This document shows positions 1-9,622 of a stretch of 64,000 nucleotides of DNA, one piece after another. The position numbers and the translations under genes are program-made. A model generated the notes under the pieces. That model had not been told where the DNA came from, did no database searches, and was given only the letters and a program-made list of their open reading frames with translations. How positions within the stretch are numbered: the stretch's first letter is position 1; each line of letters starts with the position of its first letter. Source of the DNA: Longimicrobiales bacterium (GTDB lineage Bacteria > Gemmatimonadota > Gemmatimonadetes > Longimicrobiales > Gaopeijiaceae); contig OZ242008.1 in NCBI GenBank assembly GCA_965204735.1, positions 1,280,001 to 1,344,000 of the forward strand, given 5' to 3'.

Positions 1-90
1 GTGGAGCTCATGGGGCCGGTCGTCTCGTGGAAGGTCTCACCCGACCTGCGCGTCTGCGCGCGGAACTTGTCATCGTTGCTCCTCCTGCGG

Positions 91-531
91 TCAGGCCTCG
101 TGGGGAGCGGCTTCGTCGCGGACCGCGCCCTGGAGCTCCTGCAGCGTGGTGCGGGCGTGGTCCACGTGATCCGACGCGCCCGGAGGGGGACTTCCGGCCA
201 GAAACGCTTCCAGATGGCGAACCGCGTTGTCGCGCTGGCCGTGGCGGAGAAGAAGGAACGCCAAGCCGTAGTGGGCGCCCGGCGACTCCGGGTTCCGGTT
301 GAGGACGTGGCGGTAGGTCTTGATGGCTTCGTCCTCCATGCCCATGCGGGTGTAGGCGATGGCGATCTGCTGCAGGACGATGGGGTCTCCCGGAGATTCC
401 TTGAGCGCAAGGCGAAACGACGTCAGGGCCTCGTGAAACTTCCCCTCTCGGGCAAGGGCGAGCCCTTCCTCGTAGTAGTCGATCCGCTCGGCGCGGCTTG
501 GACTGCCGAAAAACTTGTTCCACAACGACAT
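91..531 (-). CDS. Tetratricopeptide repeat protein
   Basis: C-terminal 146 aa of ORF 91..2040 from ATG 531 (MSLWNKFFG). TPR-like helices YYEEGLALAREGKFHEALTSF and AHYGLAFLLLRHGQRDNAVRHLEAFL. Confidence 0.8.
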   Translation of the reverse strand: MSLWNKFFGSPSRAERIDYYEEGLALAREGKFHEALTSFRLALKESPGDPIVLQQIAIAYTRMGMEDEAIKTYRHVLNRNPESPGAHYGLAFLLLRHGQRDNAVRHLEAFLAGSPPPGASDHVDHARTTLQELQGAVRDEAAPHEA

Positions 532-725
532 GTACGAAGGCCACCGTCTCTGCTTCGAGGTACTCTGAGGACGACGAACCGGCGCCCCGGCGCCGAATCT
601 TCCAAGGTACCGGATTCTACGAGTCGGACAAGTCGGCGGACCGCTCGGCGGACCGCGGCCGGCCGAGACCCGTCGATGCCGGTGGAACTTTCGCGCATGT
701 CGCGGCGTATGAGTACGTATCCGGC

Positions 726-771
726 TCGTTGCCCCAGGGGCGAGCGGGGTTCGTTGCCCAGGGGCGAGCGG
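726..771. repeat. Tandem 21-22 bp direct repeat in divergent intergenic region
   Basis: TCGTTGCCCCAGGGGCGAGCGG (726-747) and TCGTTGCCCAGGGGCGAGCGG (751-771). Confidence 0.85.
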
Positions 772-867
772 CGAGCCGGGAGTTTGCGCCACGACCGAAC
801 AGCGCACCCGCCGGCGCTTGGCGAGACCCGCCCGCCGGCGCGTGCGCAGGACCGCAAGGAGGCGGAG

Positions 868-2154
868 ATGACCCGAGCGCCCAGACTCCGAGAAGACGTC
901 AGAAACATCCTCGTGATCGGAGGATCGGCGCTGGCCGGCGTCGTCCTCCTGACCGCGGTTTCGCTGGCGGGCCGGTCCTTCTCGCCCCGCTCGCCGTGGT
1001 CCGCGGCCTCGACCCCTGCCGAGGCGCCCTCCGACGCCGTCGGCTTTCCGACCGACGGCTACGAAGTGGTGGAGCCCCTTTCGGGCAGCAACCGCCTCTA
1101 CGGGACCGTCCGTTCCAAGCGGGGCGAGGTGTACGAAGGCTTCCTTCGGTGGGATCGGAACGAAGGGAGCTGGGGCGACTTGCTGGACGGGACGAAGCTG
1201 GCCGACGGCCGCACCGCGCTCTCCGGCGTCCGCTTCGGTCACGTGCGCTCGATTCAGCCCGTGGGCCACGACCAGGCGATCCTGGCCCTGCGTTCCGGCC
1301 AAACGGTCGACATGAGCGCCCGCGGCACCGACTTGGGCAGCAGGTTCCGGGGTCTCGTGGTCACGGACTTCCGCGACGGCGCCGTCCACAGGGGCGACGT
1401 GGAGCTGGAGTGGGACGAGGTCGCCGAGGTGGAGTTCGCTGCGGCGCCCGCCGGGATCGACCCGCCGGGAAGCAGGCTCCACGGCACTCTCGTCACCCGC
1501 TCCGGGATGACGGTCACCGGCTACGTGACGTGGGACGTGGACGAGATCCACTCGGCGGACGAGCTGGACGGAGACGCCGGAGGCCGTCGCTTCGAGGTGC
1601 CCTTCGGCGCAATCGCTTCGATTCGGCAGGCCGGCTCCCGGGGCGCCGAGGTGACGCTCCACACAGGCGAAGCCGTCGTGCTGCATGGGACGAACGACGT
1701 CAACGCCGAGAACCGGGGGATCGCGGTTTCGGACCCGGGGCTGGGAGCGGTCTCGGTCGAGTGGAGCGAGTTCGAGAGCGTGCGCTTCCACGCCCCCGAG
1801 AACGAGGAGTCCTACGGCGACTTCGACGGCGGACGGCCGCTGCGGGGCGTCGTGCTCACGGTTTCCGGGGACGAGCTCTCCGGCAACGTCCGATGGGACC
1901 GGGACGAGGCGCGCAGCTGGGAGGTGCTCAACGGCCGCGCGGCCGGCGCGGAGTTCTTCGTCGAGTTCTCGAAGATCGCCCGGATCGAGCGTGTCGGCGA
2001 CGGCGCCGAGGTGACGCTGCGCGACGGAAGGCGCCTCCACTTGAAGGGCTCCAACGACGTGGACGACGGCAACCGGGGCATTGTGGTGGAGTCCGACGGC
2101 CGGAGCAGGACCGTGGCGTGGGGCGACTTCGTGGGGCTTCGGCTGGAGCGGTAG
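868..2154 (+). CDS. Membrane-anchored or exported hypothetical protein with three ~120-aa beta-rich repeats
   Basis: ATG 868 after a purine-rich RBS-like stretch; N-terminal hydrophobic helix. Each repeat has G-x-V/L...G...WD..E...L-D/N-G...F..I/V and ends near G-T/S-ND-V..NRGI. Confidence 0.7.
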   Translation: MTRAPRLREDVRNILVIGGSALAGVVLLTAVSLAGRSFSPRSPWSAASTPAEAPSDAVGFPTDGYEVVEPLSGSNRLYGTVRSKRGEVYEGFLRWDRNEGSWGDLLDGTKLADGRTALSGVRFGHVRSIQPVGHDQAILALRSGQTVDMSARGTDLGSRFRGLVVTDFRDGAVHRGDVELEWDEVAEVEFAAAPAGIDPPGSRLHGTLVTRSGMTVTGYVTWDVDEIHSADELDGDAGGRRFEVPFGAIASIRQAGSRGAEVTLHTGEAVVLHGTNDVNAENRGIAVSDPGLGAVSVEWSEFESVRFHAPENEESYGDFDGGRPLRGVVLTVSGDELSGNVRWDRDEARSWEVLNGRAAGAEFFVEFSKIARIERVGDGAEVTLRDGRRLHLKGSNDVDDGNRGIVVESDGRSRTVAWGDFVGLRLER

Positions 2155-2227
2155 GCGGGCTTCCTTCCGGTCGGTCGAGGACTGCGGGCCGGTCCCGGCC
2201 GACCTTCGCCGCCGGAGCGGCCTGCGC

Positions 2228-3700
2228 CTACTTCACGTCGCCCATCAGCCGCTTGAAGACGGGGCTTGCGGCCAGCGCCACGATCCCTGCGCCGCCGATG
2301 ATCATGGCGACCGCGCTGAAGAGCGGCGCCGGCGCGAGGGATTCGAGCCTGCCGGCCACCAGTCCCGCCACCACGTTGCCGAGCGAGGTGGCCACGAACC
2401 ACAGCCCCATCATCTGGCTGAGGCGGCGGGCCGGAGCCAGCTTCGTGACGGCCGAGAGGCCGATGGGGGAGAGGGCCAGCTCGCCCACCGTGTGGAAGAA
2501 GTACATGACGACCAGCCACGACGCCGAGGCCGGGTTCTCCGCCGTGGCATTGGCCGCGCCCCAGGCGACGACCAGGAACCCGGCCGCGAGCCAAAGAAGC
2601 CCCAGGGCGAACTTGACCGGAGTGGACGGGTTGGCGTTGCGCTTGGCCAGCCACACCCACAGCCACCCGAAGACCGGCGCGAAGACCACGATGAAGAAGG
2701 CGTTGACCGACTGGAGGTAGGACGCCGGGTACTCCCATCTGCCGATCGTGCGGTCGGTGAAGTCGCGGGCGAAGAGGTTCAGCGACGATCCGGCCTGCTC
2801 GAAGCCGGACCAGAAGACCGTGGCCAGGATCGCGAACCAGAAGATCGTCACGATCTTCCTCTTCTCGGCGCCGTCGTGTCCGCCCCAGAAGATCAAGTAC
2901 AGGAAGTACGTCACGATCACGCCCCCGACGACCCAGACGAAGCTCGCCGCAATGTCGGGCAGCGTCGCTTCGACCACGCCCCGCCGGACGAGCAGCCCGA
3001 AGGCCGTCAGAGCCATGACGACGCCGACGCAGCCGCCGAAGAACCGCCGGCTCAGGCGCTTGAGCTGCTCCGGCGTCCGGTCGCTGCGAAAGACGCCCGC
3101 GTCGCCGAGGGCGCGATAGCCCAGGCGGAACTGAATCACTCCCAGCACCATGCCGACCCCCGCCGCGGAGAAGCCCCAGTGCCAGTTGACGTCCTCGCCG
3201 AGGAAGCCGCAGACGATCGGGCCGGCCAAGGCGCCCAGGTTGATCCCCATGTAGAAGATCGAGAACCCGGCGTCGCGCCGCGTCCCGCCCTCCGGGTAGA
3301 GGTCGGCGACCACCGAGCTCACGTTGGGCTTCAGCAGGCCCGTGCCGACGATGATCAGCCCCAGTCCCAGGAAGAACGCGAAGGCATGGGGCACCGCCAT
3401 GCTGAAGTGCCCGGCCGCAATGACGCAGCCCCCGACGAAGACGGCCTTTCGCTGCCCCCAGAGCTGGTCCGCCACCCAGCCACCCGGCAGTCCCAGCAAG
3501 TACACCAAGCCGGTGTAGAGCCCGTAGACCGCCGTGGCGGTGGGGACGTCCATGCCCATCCCCGGGTTCTCCGCGACGGTCGCGCCGGTCATGAAGAGGA
3601 CCAGGAGCGCGCGCATTCCGTAGTAGGAGAAGCGCTCCCACATCTCCGTGAAGAAGAGCGTGTAGAGCCCGCGGGGGTGGCGGGCGGATGCTGCGGTCAT
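2228..3700 (-). CDS. POT/PTR family proton-dependent oligopeptide transporter
   Basis: ExxERFxYYG motif (TEMWERFSYYGMR), GTGLLKPN, FYMGINLG and GELALSPIGLS; many TM helices. Confidence 0.95.
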   Translation of the reverse strand: MTAASARHPRGLYTLFFTEMWERFSYYGMRALLVLFMTGATVAENPGMGMDVPTATAVYGLYTGLVYLLGLPGGWVADQLWGQRKAVFVGGCVIAAGHFSMAVPHAFAFFLGLGLIIVGTGLLKPNVSSVVADLYPEGGTRRDAGFSIFYMGINLGALAGPIVCGFLGEDVNWHWGFSAAGVGMVLGVIQFRLGYRALGDAGVFRSDRTPEQLKRLSRRFFGGCVGVVMALTAFGLLVRRGVVEATLPDIAASFVWVVGGVIVTYFLYLIFWGGHDGAEKRKIVTIFWFAILATVFWSGFEQAGSSLNLFARDFTDRTIGRWEYPASYLQSVNAFFIVVFAPVFGWLWVWLAKRNANPSTPVKFALGLLWLAAGFLVVAWGAANATAENPASASWLVVMYFFHTVGELALSPIGLSAVTKLAPARRLSQMMGLWFVATSLGNVVAGLVAGRLESLAPAPLFSAVAMIIGGAGIVALAASPVFKRLMGDVK

Positions 3701-3769
3701 GTCGCCTCCTGGGCGAGGTAGCGGCCGGGCTCGGGCCGCACGGAAGTGAGGGCAAGATAGGCCACGAGC

Positions 3770-3812
3770 CCCGGCGCTGCGAACGGCGTTGGCCCGGCGC
3801 TGCGAACGGCGT
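3770..3812. repeat. 20-bp direct repeat, period 23
   Basis: CCCGGCGCTGCGAACGGCGT at 3770-3789 and 3793-3812. Confidence 0.85.
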
Positions 3813-3862
3813 GCCCGCCTATGGTCCTGTCCCAGCGTTGTGCAGCGCGCTGCGCTCCCGCG

Positions 3863-4888
3863 TCAGGCCGCGCGAGGGCCCCTTGGCGTTCGGCCTTCCA
3901 GGACCGCGCCGAGGACGTGGGCGTCGATGTTGCCGCCGGAGACGACCGCGACTACCGGCCCCTGGACCGGCGCGGGCAGTCCCTTCAGGACGGCCGCCAC
4001 GGCGGCGGCGCCCGCGCCCTCGGCGACGACACGGGCCTTCTCGGCCAGTCCGCGCAGCGCCGCGCACACGTCGCGAAGGGAGACCACCAGAGAGCCGGCC
4101 AGGACCGAGCGCGCCATCGGCCACATCTCCGGCAGCACGCACTTGGCGCCGATCCCGTCCACGAACGACGGCAGGTGGCGCACTCTCGTCGGTCGGCCCG
4201 CCCTGAGCGACGCGGCGAAGGGCGCCGCCGTCTCCACCTCGGCCGCGTACACGGGCACCCCTGGGCGAAGTTGGCGCACGGCGGACGCGATCCCGCACGA
4301 CAGACCGCCGCCGCCGTAGGGAACCACGACGGCGCCCACGTCCGGCAGCTCCTCGACGATCTCGAGCCCGGCGGTGCCGTTGCCCGCGATCACGGCCGCG
4401 TCGCTCACCGGGTGGACGAAGTATCCCCGCTCGCCTTCGCGCCCGTGCTGCTCGAGCACGGCCCACCACTCGTCGAACGGCAGGGGCACGGCGGTGGCGC
4501 CGAGCCGCGCCACGGCGTCCAGCTTGGCCCGGGGCGCGGTCTCGGGCACGACCACCCGACAGGGCACGTTCATTCGTCGGGCGGCGAACGCCACTCCCTG
4601 CGCCATGTTCCCCGCGCTGCCGGTGTAGACGCCGTCCGCGAGCTTGTCGGGACCGGCCAGGGCCATCGCGTTGGCTGCTCCTCGGACCTTGAACGACCCG
4701 GTGGGCTGAAGGCACTCCAGCTTGATCCACAGCCCCCCGGGAGGCAGGCCGGGCAGGTCCAGCCGCAGAAGAGGGGAGCGGATCGCGGTCCCGTCGATCC
4801 GTTCCCGGGCGGCCCGAACGGACGTCATCGAGGCCGGCGCCAGAGGGGCAGGTGGTCCGGGCGCTCCGCCCACGGCCTGCGTGGTCAC
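3863..4888 (-). CDS. PLP-dependent threonine/serine dehydratase family enzyme
   Basis: KLECLQPTGSFKVRGA (PLP lysine), SAGNMAQG, PYGGGGLSCG and SGGN. GTG start overlaps the upstream stop (GTGA). Confidence 0.9.
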   Translation of the reverse strand: MTTQAVGGAPGPPAPLAPASMTSVRAARERIDGTAIRSPLLRLDLPGLPPGGLWIKLECLQPTGSFKVRGAANAMALAGPDKLADGVYTGSAGNMAQGVAFAARRMNVPCRVVVPETAPRAKLDAVARLGATAVPLPFDEWWAVLEQHGREGERGYFVHPVSDAAVIAGNGTAGLEIVEELPDVGAVVVPYGGGGLSCGIASAVRQLRPGVPVYAAEVETAAPFAASLRAGRPTRVRHLPSFVDGIGAKCVLPEMWPMARSVLAGSLVVSLRDVCAALRGLAEKARVVAEGAGAAAVAAVLKGLPAPVQGPVVAVVSGGNIDAHVLGAVLEGRTPRGPRAA

Positions 4889-5661
4889 GGCGACGCCCGA
4901 CGCGGGTCCCGCAGCGCCTCCGCCATGCGGTCGGCCGCGGCGGCAATGCACCGCTCGCCGATCCGGCGGCTCATTCCCCGCGGGTCGCCCAGGACGCCGT
5001 TGGGGGCGACGGCCCTGAAGCCCTCGCGGAAGAGCCGTTCGGCCAGCTCCTGGTCGAATCCGCCTGCGTAGCCCGGCTCCGCCCGCGCCCGGCGAACCAG
5101 TTCGGGGCGGATGCACAGCATCTCCGAGCTCTCGGCGATGTCGGCGTGGCCGCCGACCCTCTCCCGCTTCCCCGGTGCGGCCTCCTCCACCGCCGCCTCC
5201 CAGGTGGCGACGAACTCGGCCAAGTCGGTGTACGCCCGCACGTCGCAGCAGGAACCGACGGCGGCGCGGACGCGGTCCAGCATCTCTGCCAGGGGGGCGA
5301 AGTTGCCGCCGTGGGAGGGCACGAAGCAGGTCGCGCGGAAGCCGTGTCGCGCCAAGCTGGTGGCGTAGTCCGTGCAGACGGCCTCCAGGGTGGCGGGCCT
5401 CAGGGAGATCGTGCCCGCAAAGCCCATGTGGTGCTCGGAGCATCCGATTCGCACCGTGGGGGCGACCAGCGCCCGCTCGAGCCGGCGGGCGACCTCCAGG
5501 GCCAGCCGGTCTCCCCGGGCCGCGTCGACCAGCAGGGGCAGGTGCGGACCGTGCTGCTCCACCGCGCCGACCGCGACCACCGCCGTGTCGTAGCCGTTGG
5601 ACAGCGCTCGCTGCACCTCGGGCCACGTCATCTCTTCAAGCAGCAGGTTGGGTTCGACCAT
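4885..5661 (-). CDS. Creatininase/MftE family amidohydrolase
   Basis: MTWPEV, GAVEQHGPHLPL..D, SEHHMGFAGTISL, SHGGN, GGHAD..ESS and NGVLGDP. Confidence 0.9.
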   Translation of the reverse strand: MVEPNLLLEEMTWPEVQRALSNGYDTAVVAVGAVEQHGPHLPLLVDAARGDRLALEVARRLERALVAPTVRIGCSEHHMGFAGTISLRPATLEAVCTDYATSLARHGFRATCFVPSHGGNFAPLAEMLDRVRAAVGSCCDVRAYTDLAEFVATWEAAVEEAAPGKRERVGGHADIAESSEMLCIRPELVRRARAEPGYAGGFDQELAERLFREGFRAVAPNGVLGDPRGMSRRIGERCIAAAADRMAEALRDPRRASP

Positions 5662-5764
5662 GGGGCGCAAGGTATCTTTGGAACCGCGCTTCGCCCAGTA
5701 GGAGCGTCCTCCCCTCCAGCCCCGGCACGCACCCGGCCGGCTCCCGAGGAGCGTCGTTGGCCCT

Positions 5765-6556
5765 ATGTCGTTGGCCCGTCCCGTGTCGTTGGCCCGCCCT
5801 GCGCCGTCGCAGCAGTTGGCGGAGCGCGCCCTCTCGCCCGGACTCGGCCCGGAGGAGATCGAAGCTCTCCGGCGGGAGACGCGCGACGGCCTGCTGGCCG
5901 AGTCCAAGTGGATCCGCGAGCCCGACTTCAAGTCGATCCACGCCGACGACTTGCGCTTCCTCTTCCGCTCCTACGACGAACGCTTCCTCGGCGGCCTCTG
6001 CGCGCGGGCCGTCGCGCCGGGGAAGCTCTCGTTCCGGCTTTCCCAGAGGATGACCCGCGCTGCCGGGAAGGCGGCCCGCTTCGCCCACGCCTCCGGGAGC
6101 GTGGACTACGAGGTCGTGGTGTCGGCAACGCTCCTCTTCGACGGGTTCGGGCCGTTCGACCGGGACGTGACCGTGGCGGGCCTGCCGTGCGCGAGTCGCC
6201 TGGAGGCGCTGCAGCGGATATTCGAGCACGAGCTGGTCCACCTGATCGAGTTCGTCGCATGGAAGAGGAGCGACTGCCGGGCGGCGCGCTTCCAAGCAAT
6301 CGCGACCCGTCTCTTCGGGCACCGCGAGTACACTCACCAGCTGATCACGAGGCAAGAGCGGGCGGCAGCCGTGGGGATCGTGGTCGGTTCGCGCGTCTCC
6401 TTCGCGATCGACGGCAAGCAGCTTGAGGGGCGCGTCAACCGCGTCACGAAGCGCGCCACCGTGCTCGTGCCCGACCCGCAGGGCATCGAGTACAGCGACG
6501 GGAAGCGCTACGCCAAGTACTACGTTCCTCTCACGGCGATCACGCTGCTGCCATAG
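5765..6556 (+). CDS. SprT-like zinc metalloprotease-domain protein
   Basis: SQRMTRAAGK, HExxH (FEHELVHL), downstream F..IA.RLFGH, and a small C-terminal SH3/KOW-like beta domain. Confidence 0.75.
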   Translation: MSLARPVSLARPAPSQQLAERALSPGLGPEEIEALRRETRDGLLAESKWIREPDFKSIHADDLRFLFRSYDERFLGGLCARAVAPGKLSFRLSQRMTRAAGKAARFAHASGSVDYEVVVSATLLFDGFGPFDRDVTVAGLPCASRLEALQRIFEHELVHLIEFVAWKRSDCRAARFQAIATRLFGHREYTHQLITRQERAAAVGIVVGSRVSFAIDGKQLEGRVNRVTKRATVLVPDPQGIEYSDGKRYAKYYVPLTAITLLP

Positions 6557-6579
6557 GACCGGACGCCGACCCGGTGCAT

Positions 6580-6609
6580 TTGACGGTGCCGCCGTCCCTC
6601 GGATAGGAT
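6580..6609 (+). promoter_or_regulatory. Putative sigma70-like promoter
   Basis: TTGACG (6580-6585), 18-nt spacer, TAGGAT (6604-6609), upstream of the co-oriented gene run. Confidence 0.4.
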
Positions 6610-6699
6610 GGGCGCGCCACGACCGTCCGTCTTTTGCGCTGTTCCACTCTCCCCGCGCGCCCGCTGCCTTTACGTGAACCCGTCGGCAGGCCGAGAACC

Positions 6700-7745
6700 T
6701 CTCCGACTCCGACATCCTGCGCGAGGTCATGAACACGGTCGGCAAGGCGGGCCGGCTGGGCGGCGGCATCCGATGCGTGGTGTCGGTGTCGATGCTCATG
6801 TGCTGGGCATCCCCTTCGACTTCACCGCCGAGCCCGTGGTGGCGCCGCCCCAGCCGCCGATGGAGACCGTGGAGGTGCGGGCGGTCGTGCCCGAGCGCGA
6901 CGCCTGCGAACTCCGCTTCCCCCGCGTGCAGGGCTACCGCGTGGAGCTTCCCGAGGAGCGGCTGTCCGCCACCTTCAGCGAAGACTCGACGTTGGAGCTC
7001 ACCCCGGAGCTGGTCGGTCCCACCCGCACCCGCAACCAGGGCATCATCGGCCAGGGGGTGGACCTGACGTTGGAAGGGCCGAAGAATGTGCGCACGAACA
7101 CGCTCGTGTACGAACTCGCCTGGAGGCTGCTCGAAAACCGAGTGGCGGGACGCCGACGAGGAGCCCAAGCTGTACCTGTTCGGCCAGCTCAAGCAGATCA
7201 CCCGTCGCTGGCTGGGCAGCCATCTGGCGTGCACCGGCGGCGCCTTTCCCGCCCAGCTCATGTACCGGGAGCTGGCCGACAGGGCCTGCGAGCGCATTCA
7301 CCAGGGCATCGTGTCGCGCCACGAGGGCGACCGCCCGGTCAAGGCGATGCTGGACCCCTACAACCCCTGGGGCTCCACCGCCGCCGTGCGCTTCACCACG
7401 TCCAAGACCCACCGATGGAAGACCGCCGCCGACCTCTGTCACGTGAATTGGGCCGTCTGCGACAGCGACTGGGAGCTGGAGTTCTGCCGCGTGGCCGAGT
7501 CCGACCCCCGAGTCCGCGCCTACGTGAAGAACCAGGGGCTGAGCCTGGAGGTCCCCTACCGCGACGGCTCGGTGTCGCGCATCTACGTCCCCGACTTTAT
7601 CTTGCAGGTGGACGACGGCCGCGGCGCCGGCGATCTTCTGAACCTGATCGTCGAGATCAAGGGCCGTCGCCGAGAGGACGCCAACGCCAAGAGGAACGCC
7701 ATGACGCCTGCGCTGGACGCGGCGATCGAGGGAGGACTCGGATGA
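6700..7745 (+). pseudogene. Type III-like restriction endonuclease (BPTD_3080-like) C-terminal remnant, frameshifted and deleted
   Basis: Pieces in different frames: [47 protein letters not shown]; and AYVKNQGL..YVPDFIL..LIVEIKG (PD-(D/E)xK). Frame changes near 6798 and 7134; the N-terminal helicase region is absent. Confidence 0.8.
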
Positions 7746-8371
7746 CGAGAGACGACATCGTGTTGGCCGGGATGGCCGCCGCCGGGCCAAGCACCAAGTT
7801 CGATGCGGTGCAGCTGCAAGAGCTCTTCTTTCTCATCGATCGGGAGGTACCGCAGCTGATCGACGGCCCGCACTTCGACTTCAGGCCCTGTCACTACGGT
7901 CCCTTCGACGGAGCCGTCTACGACGTACTCGACGGCCTGCTGGAATCCAGCGATGCAGCCGTTGACACCTCCTCCCGATATCCGCGGTATTCTCTAACGG
8001 CTTCTGGTGTGCAGAAGGGCGTCCACTTCCTCGAGGAGATGCACGACAGCGCGTCCGCCTACATGAGGGAGGCCAGCGACTGGATTGTGGCTACGCCCTT
8101 CCCGCCTCTGCTGGCGGCTATCTATCGGCAATACCCCGACATGGCCAGAAACAGCGCCGTTCCCCACTTGGCCAAGCCATACCCGAGAGCCACATTCCGC
8201 TACCCAACACCTTCGCTCGCGTCTGGGATGGCAAGGGCGCTTGACCTCTTCGGCACGCTGGATGACCTTGAGGCCACTATCGGCGACCCGGAGGTTGATG
8301 CGTTGGCAACCTGCAACGACTGGCGTGCCGTCGCTGAAGACATCGAGGCGGCGATGGGGCGAACAGACTAG
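7742..8371 (+). CDS. Panacea/SocA (DUF4065/YwgA)-like antitoxin-fold protein
   Basis: ATGA-coupled to the Res remnant. LQELFFLID...FDFRPCHYGPFDGAVY matches the LQKL.F...F....YGP signature; also IYRQYP. Confidence 0.6.
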   Translation: MTRDDIVLAGMAAAGPSTKFDAVQLQELFFLIDREVPQLIDGPHFDFRPCHYGPFDGAVYDVLDGLLESSDAAVDTSSRYPRYSLTASGVQKGVHFLEEMHDSASAYMREASDWIVATPFPPLLAAIYRQYPDMARNSAVPHLAKPYPRATFRYPTPSLASGMARALDLFGTLDDLEATIGDPEVDALATCNDWRAVAEDIEAAMGRTD

Positions 8372-8373
8372 CC

Positions 8374-8844
8374 GTGGCCAGGCGACTCTACACCGACGCG
8401 GAGTTGGACGCCCTGCGAACGATGCGGAAGCGTGTCACGAATCCCGGAGCACGCTGGGTCCCCAAGCCCAAGAAGAAACCTGGTCACCGCCAGCGAATCT
8501 TTCGTGCTTCGGCGGTCGACGAGGACCTGGAGTTCTTGATCTTCCAGAGGGAAGGTCTCCTGGACAAGCTTGACTATTCCTGTGGACTTGTCTGCGTTTC
8601 ACGTGGCGACCGGCTGATACTGGTACGATACAATGGCCCGGGACATGAGCATGGCGACATCACGTTTCGCCCACACATCCATCGTGCTACCGAGCATGTC
8701 ATCGCTGACGGTTTACGACCGGATTCCCATGCGCAAGAAACCGATCGCTTTGACTCACTTCAGGGGGCTCTCGCTTGCTTGATCGCCGACTGCGCCGTAA
8801 GTGGTCTACCTGCACCGCCTGGCCAATCCGTTGTTCTGACATGA
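8374..8844 (+). CDS. Hypothetical protein with RYN-G..H.H...HIH motif (DUF6978/TumE-like)
   Basis: LVRYNGPGHEHGDITFRPHIHRAT; lower GC; ATGA-coupled to the next gene. Confidence 0.55.
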   Translation: MARRLYTDAELDALRTMRKRVTNPGARWVPKPKKKPGHRQRIFRASAVDEDLEFLIFQREGLLDKLDYSCGLVCVSRGDRLILVRYNGPGHEHGDITFRPHIHRATEHVIADGLRPDSHAQETDRFDSLQGALACLIADCAVSGLPAPPGQSVVLT

Positions 8845-9620
8845 CCTTCGATACCGTCGCACTGGAAAAGCTGCTCTGCGAGCGTCTATGTCACGACGTG
8901 AAGGTTATCGAGCGCTTTGACGGTGCCCTGATGGTCAGTACGCATTTTCGGTTTCCAGACGGCGATAACTTCCCCATTCATCTTACGGCTTCGTCTTCCG
9001 GTGGACTGACGTTGTCCGACCGAGGACATACAATGATGCACATGAGTTACGAACACGATGTTGATTCTTTTTTGGAAGGTACTCGCGGCATGCTGTTGGA
9101 GCGAATAATGACAGAATCAGGTTTGCAATGGGATGGTGGCGCCCTGAGTCTTGATACGTCTCCCGAGAAGCTGTCCGAAGCCGTCTTTGTGTTTGGCCAG
9201 GCACTGACGAGGATTTACGATCTTACCATGCTGTCGCGGTCGAACGTCGGCTCCACCTTCTACGACGATCTGGCAGATGTCCTGAACGATCTAGTTGATG
9301 AATCGAAACTCCAGAAGGATTATGAACCATCAGTGCCAAACTCGGCTGCATATCCGGTGGATTATCTGATCAACGGTAGGAACGACAACCGAATCTTCCT
9401 ATATGGCGTGCCCAATCGAGACAAGGCACGACTGACGACAATTATGTTGTCGTATTTTCATCGAAACAACCTCCTCTTCGATTCCATCATCGTCTTCGAG
9501 AACCAGACCGAGATTCCCAGACTTGACCTCGCCCGACTGACAGATGTCGCAGGAGACATGATCTCGTCCCTTGCAGCACGAGACGACCTGACGCGGAAGC
9601 TCCGTCGGCTGGCATCGTGA
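8841..9620 (+). CDS. DUF1828-like protein with C-terminal restriction-endonuclease-like domain
   Basis: THFRFPDGDNFPIHL...LTLSDRGHTMMHMSY (DUF1828-type N-terminus); C-terminal YPVDYLING..IFLYGV; visibly low GC. Confidence 0.7.
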   Translation: MTFDTVALEKLLCERLCHDVKVIERFDGALMVSTHFRFPDGDNFPIHLTASSSGGLTLSDRGHTMMHMSYEHDVDSFLEGTRGMLLERIMTESGLQWDGGALSLDTSPEKLSEAVFVFGQALTRIYDLTMLSRSNVGSTFYDDLADVLNDLVDESKLQKDYEPSVPNSAAYPVDYLINGRNDNRIFLYGVPNRDKARLTTIMLSYFHRNNLLFDSIIVFENQTEIPRLDLARLTDVAGDMISSLAARDDLTRKLRRLAS

Positions 9621-9622
9621 TA

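Noticed and set aside
4885..5661. Mycofactocin cluster (MftE-like gene)
   Set aside because: No mftA/B/C/D/F nearby; treated as a generic creatininase-family enzyme.
6608..8371. Single 587-aa Res-Panacea fusion ORF
   Set aside because: The middle section is out-of-frame nonsense. It is a chance read-through of a Res fragment into a separate gene with its own RBS and ATG at 7742.
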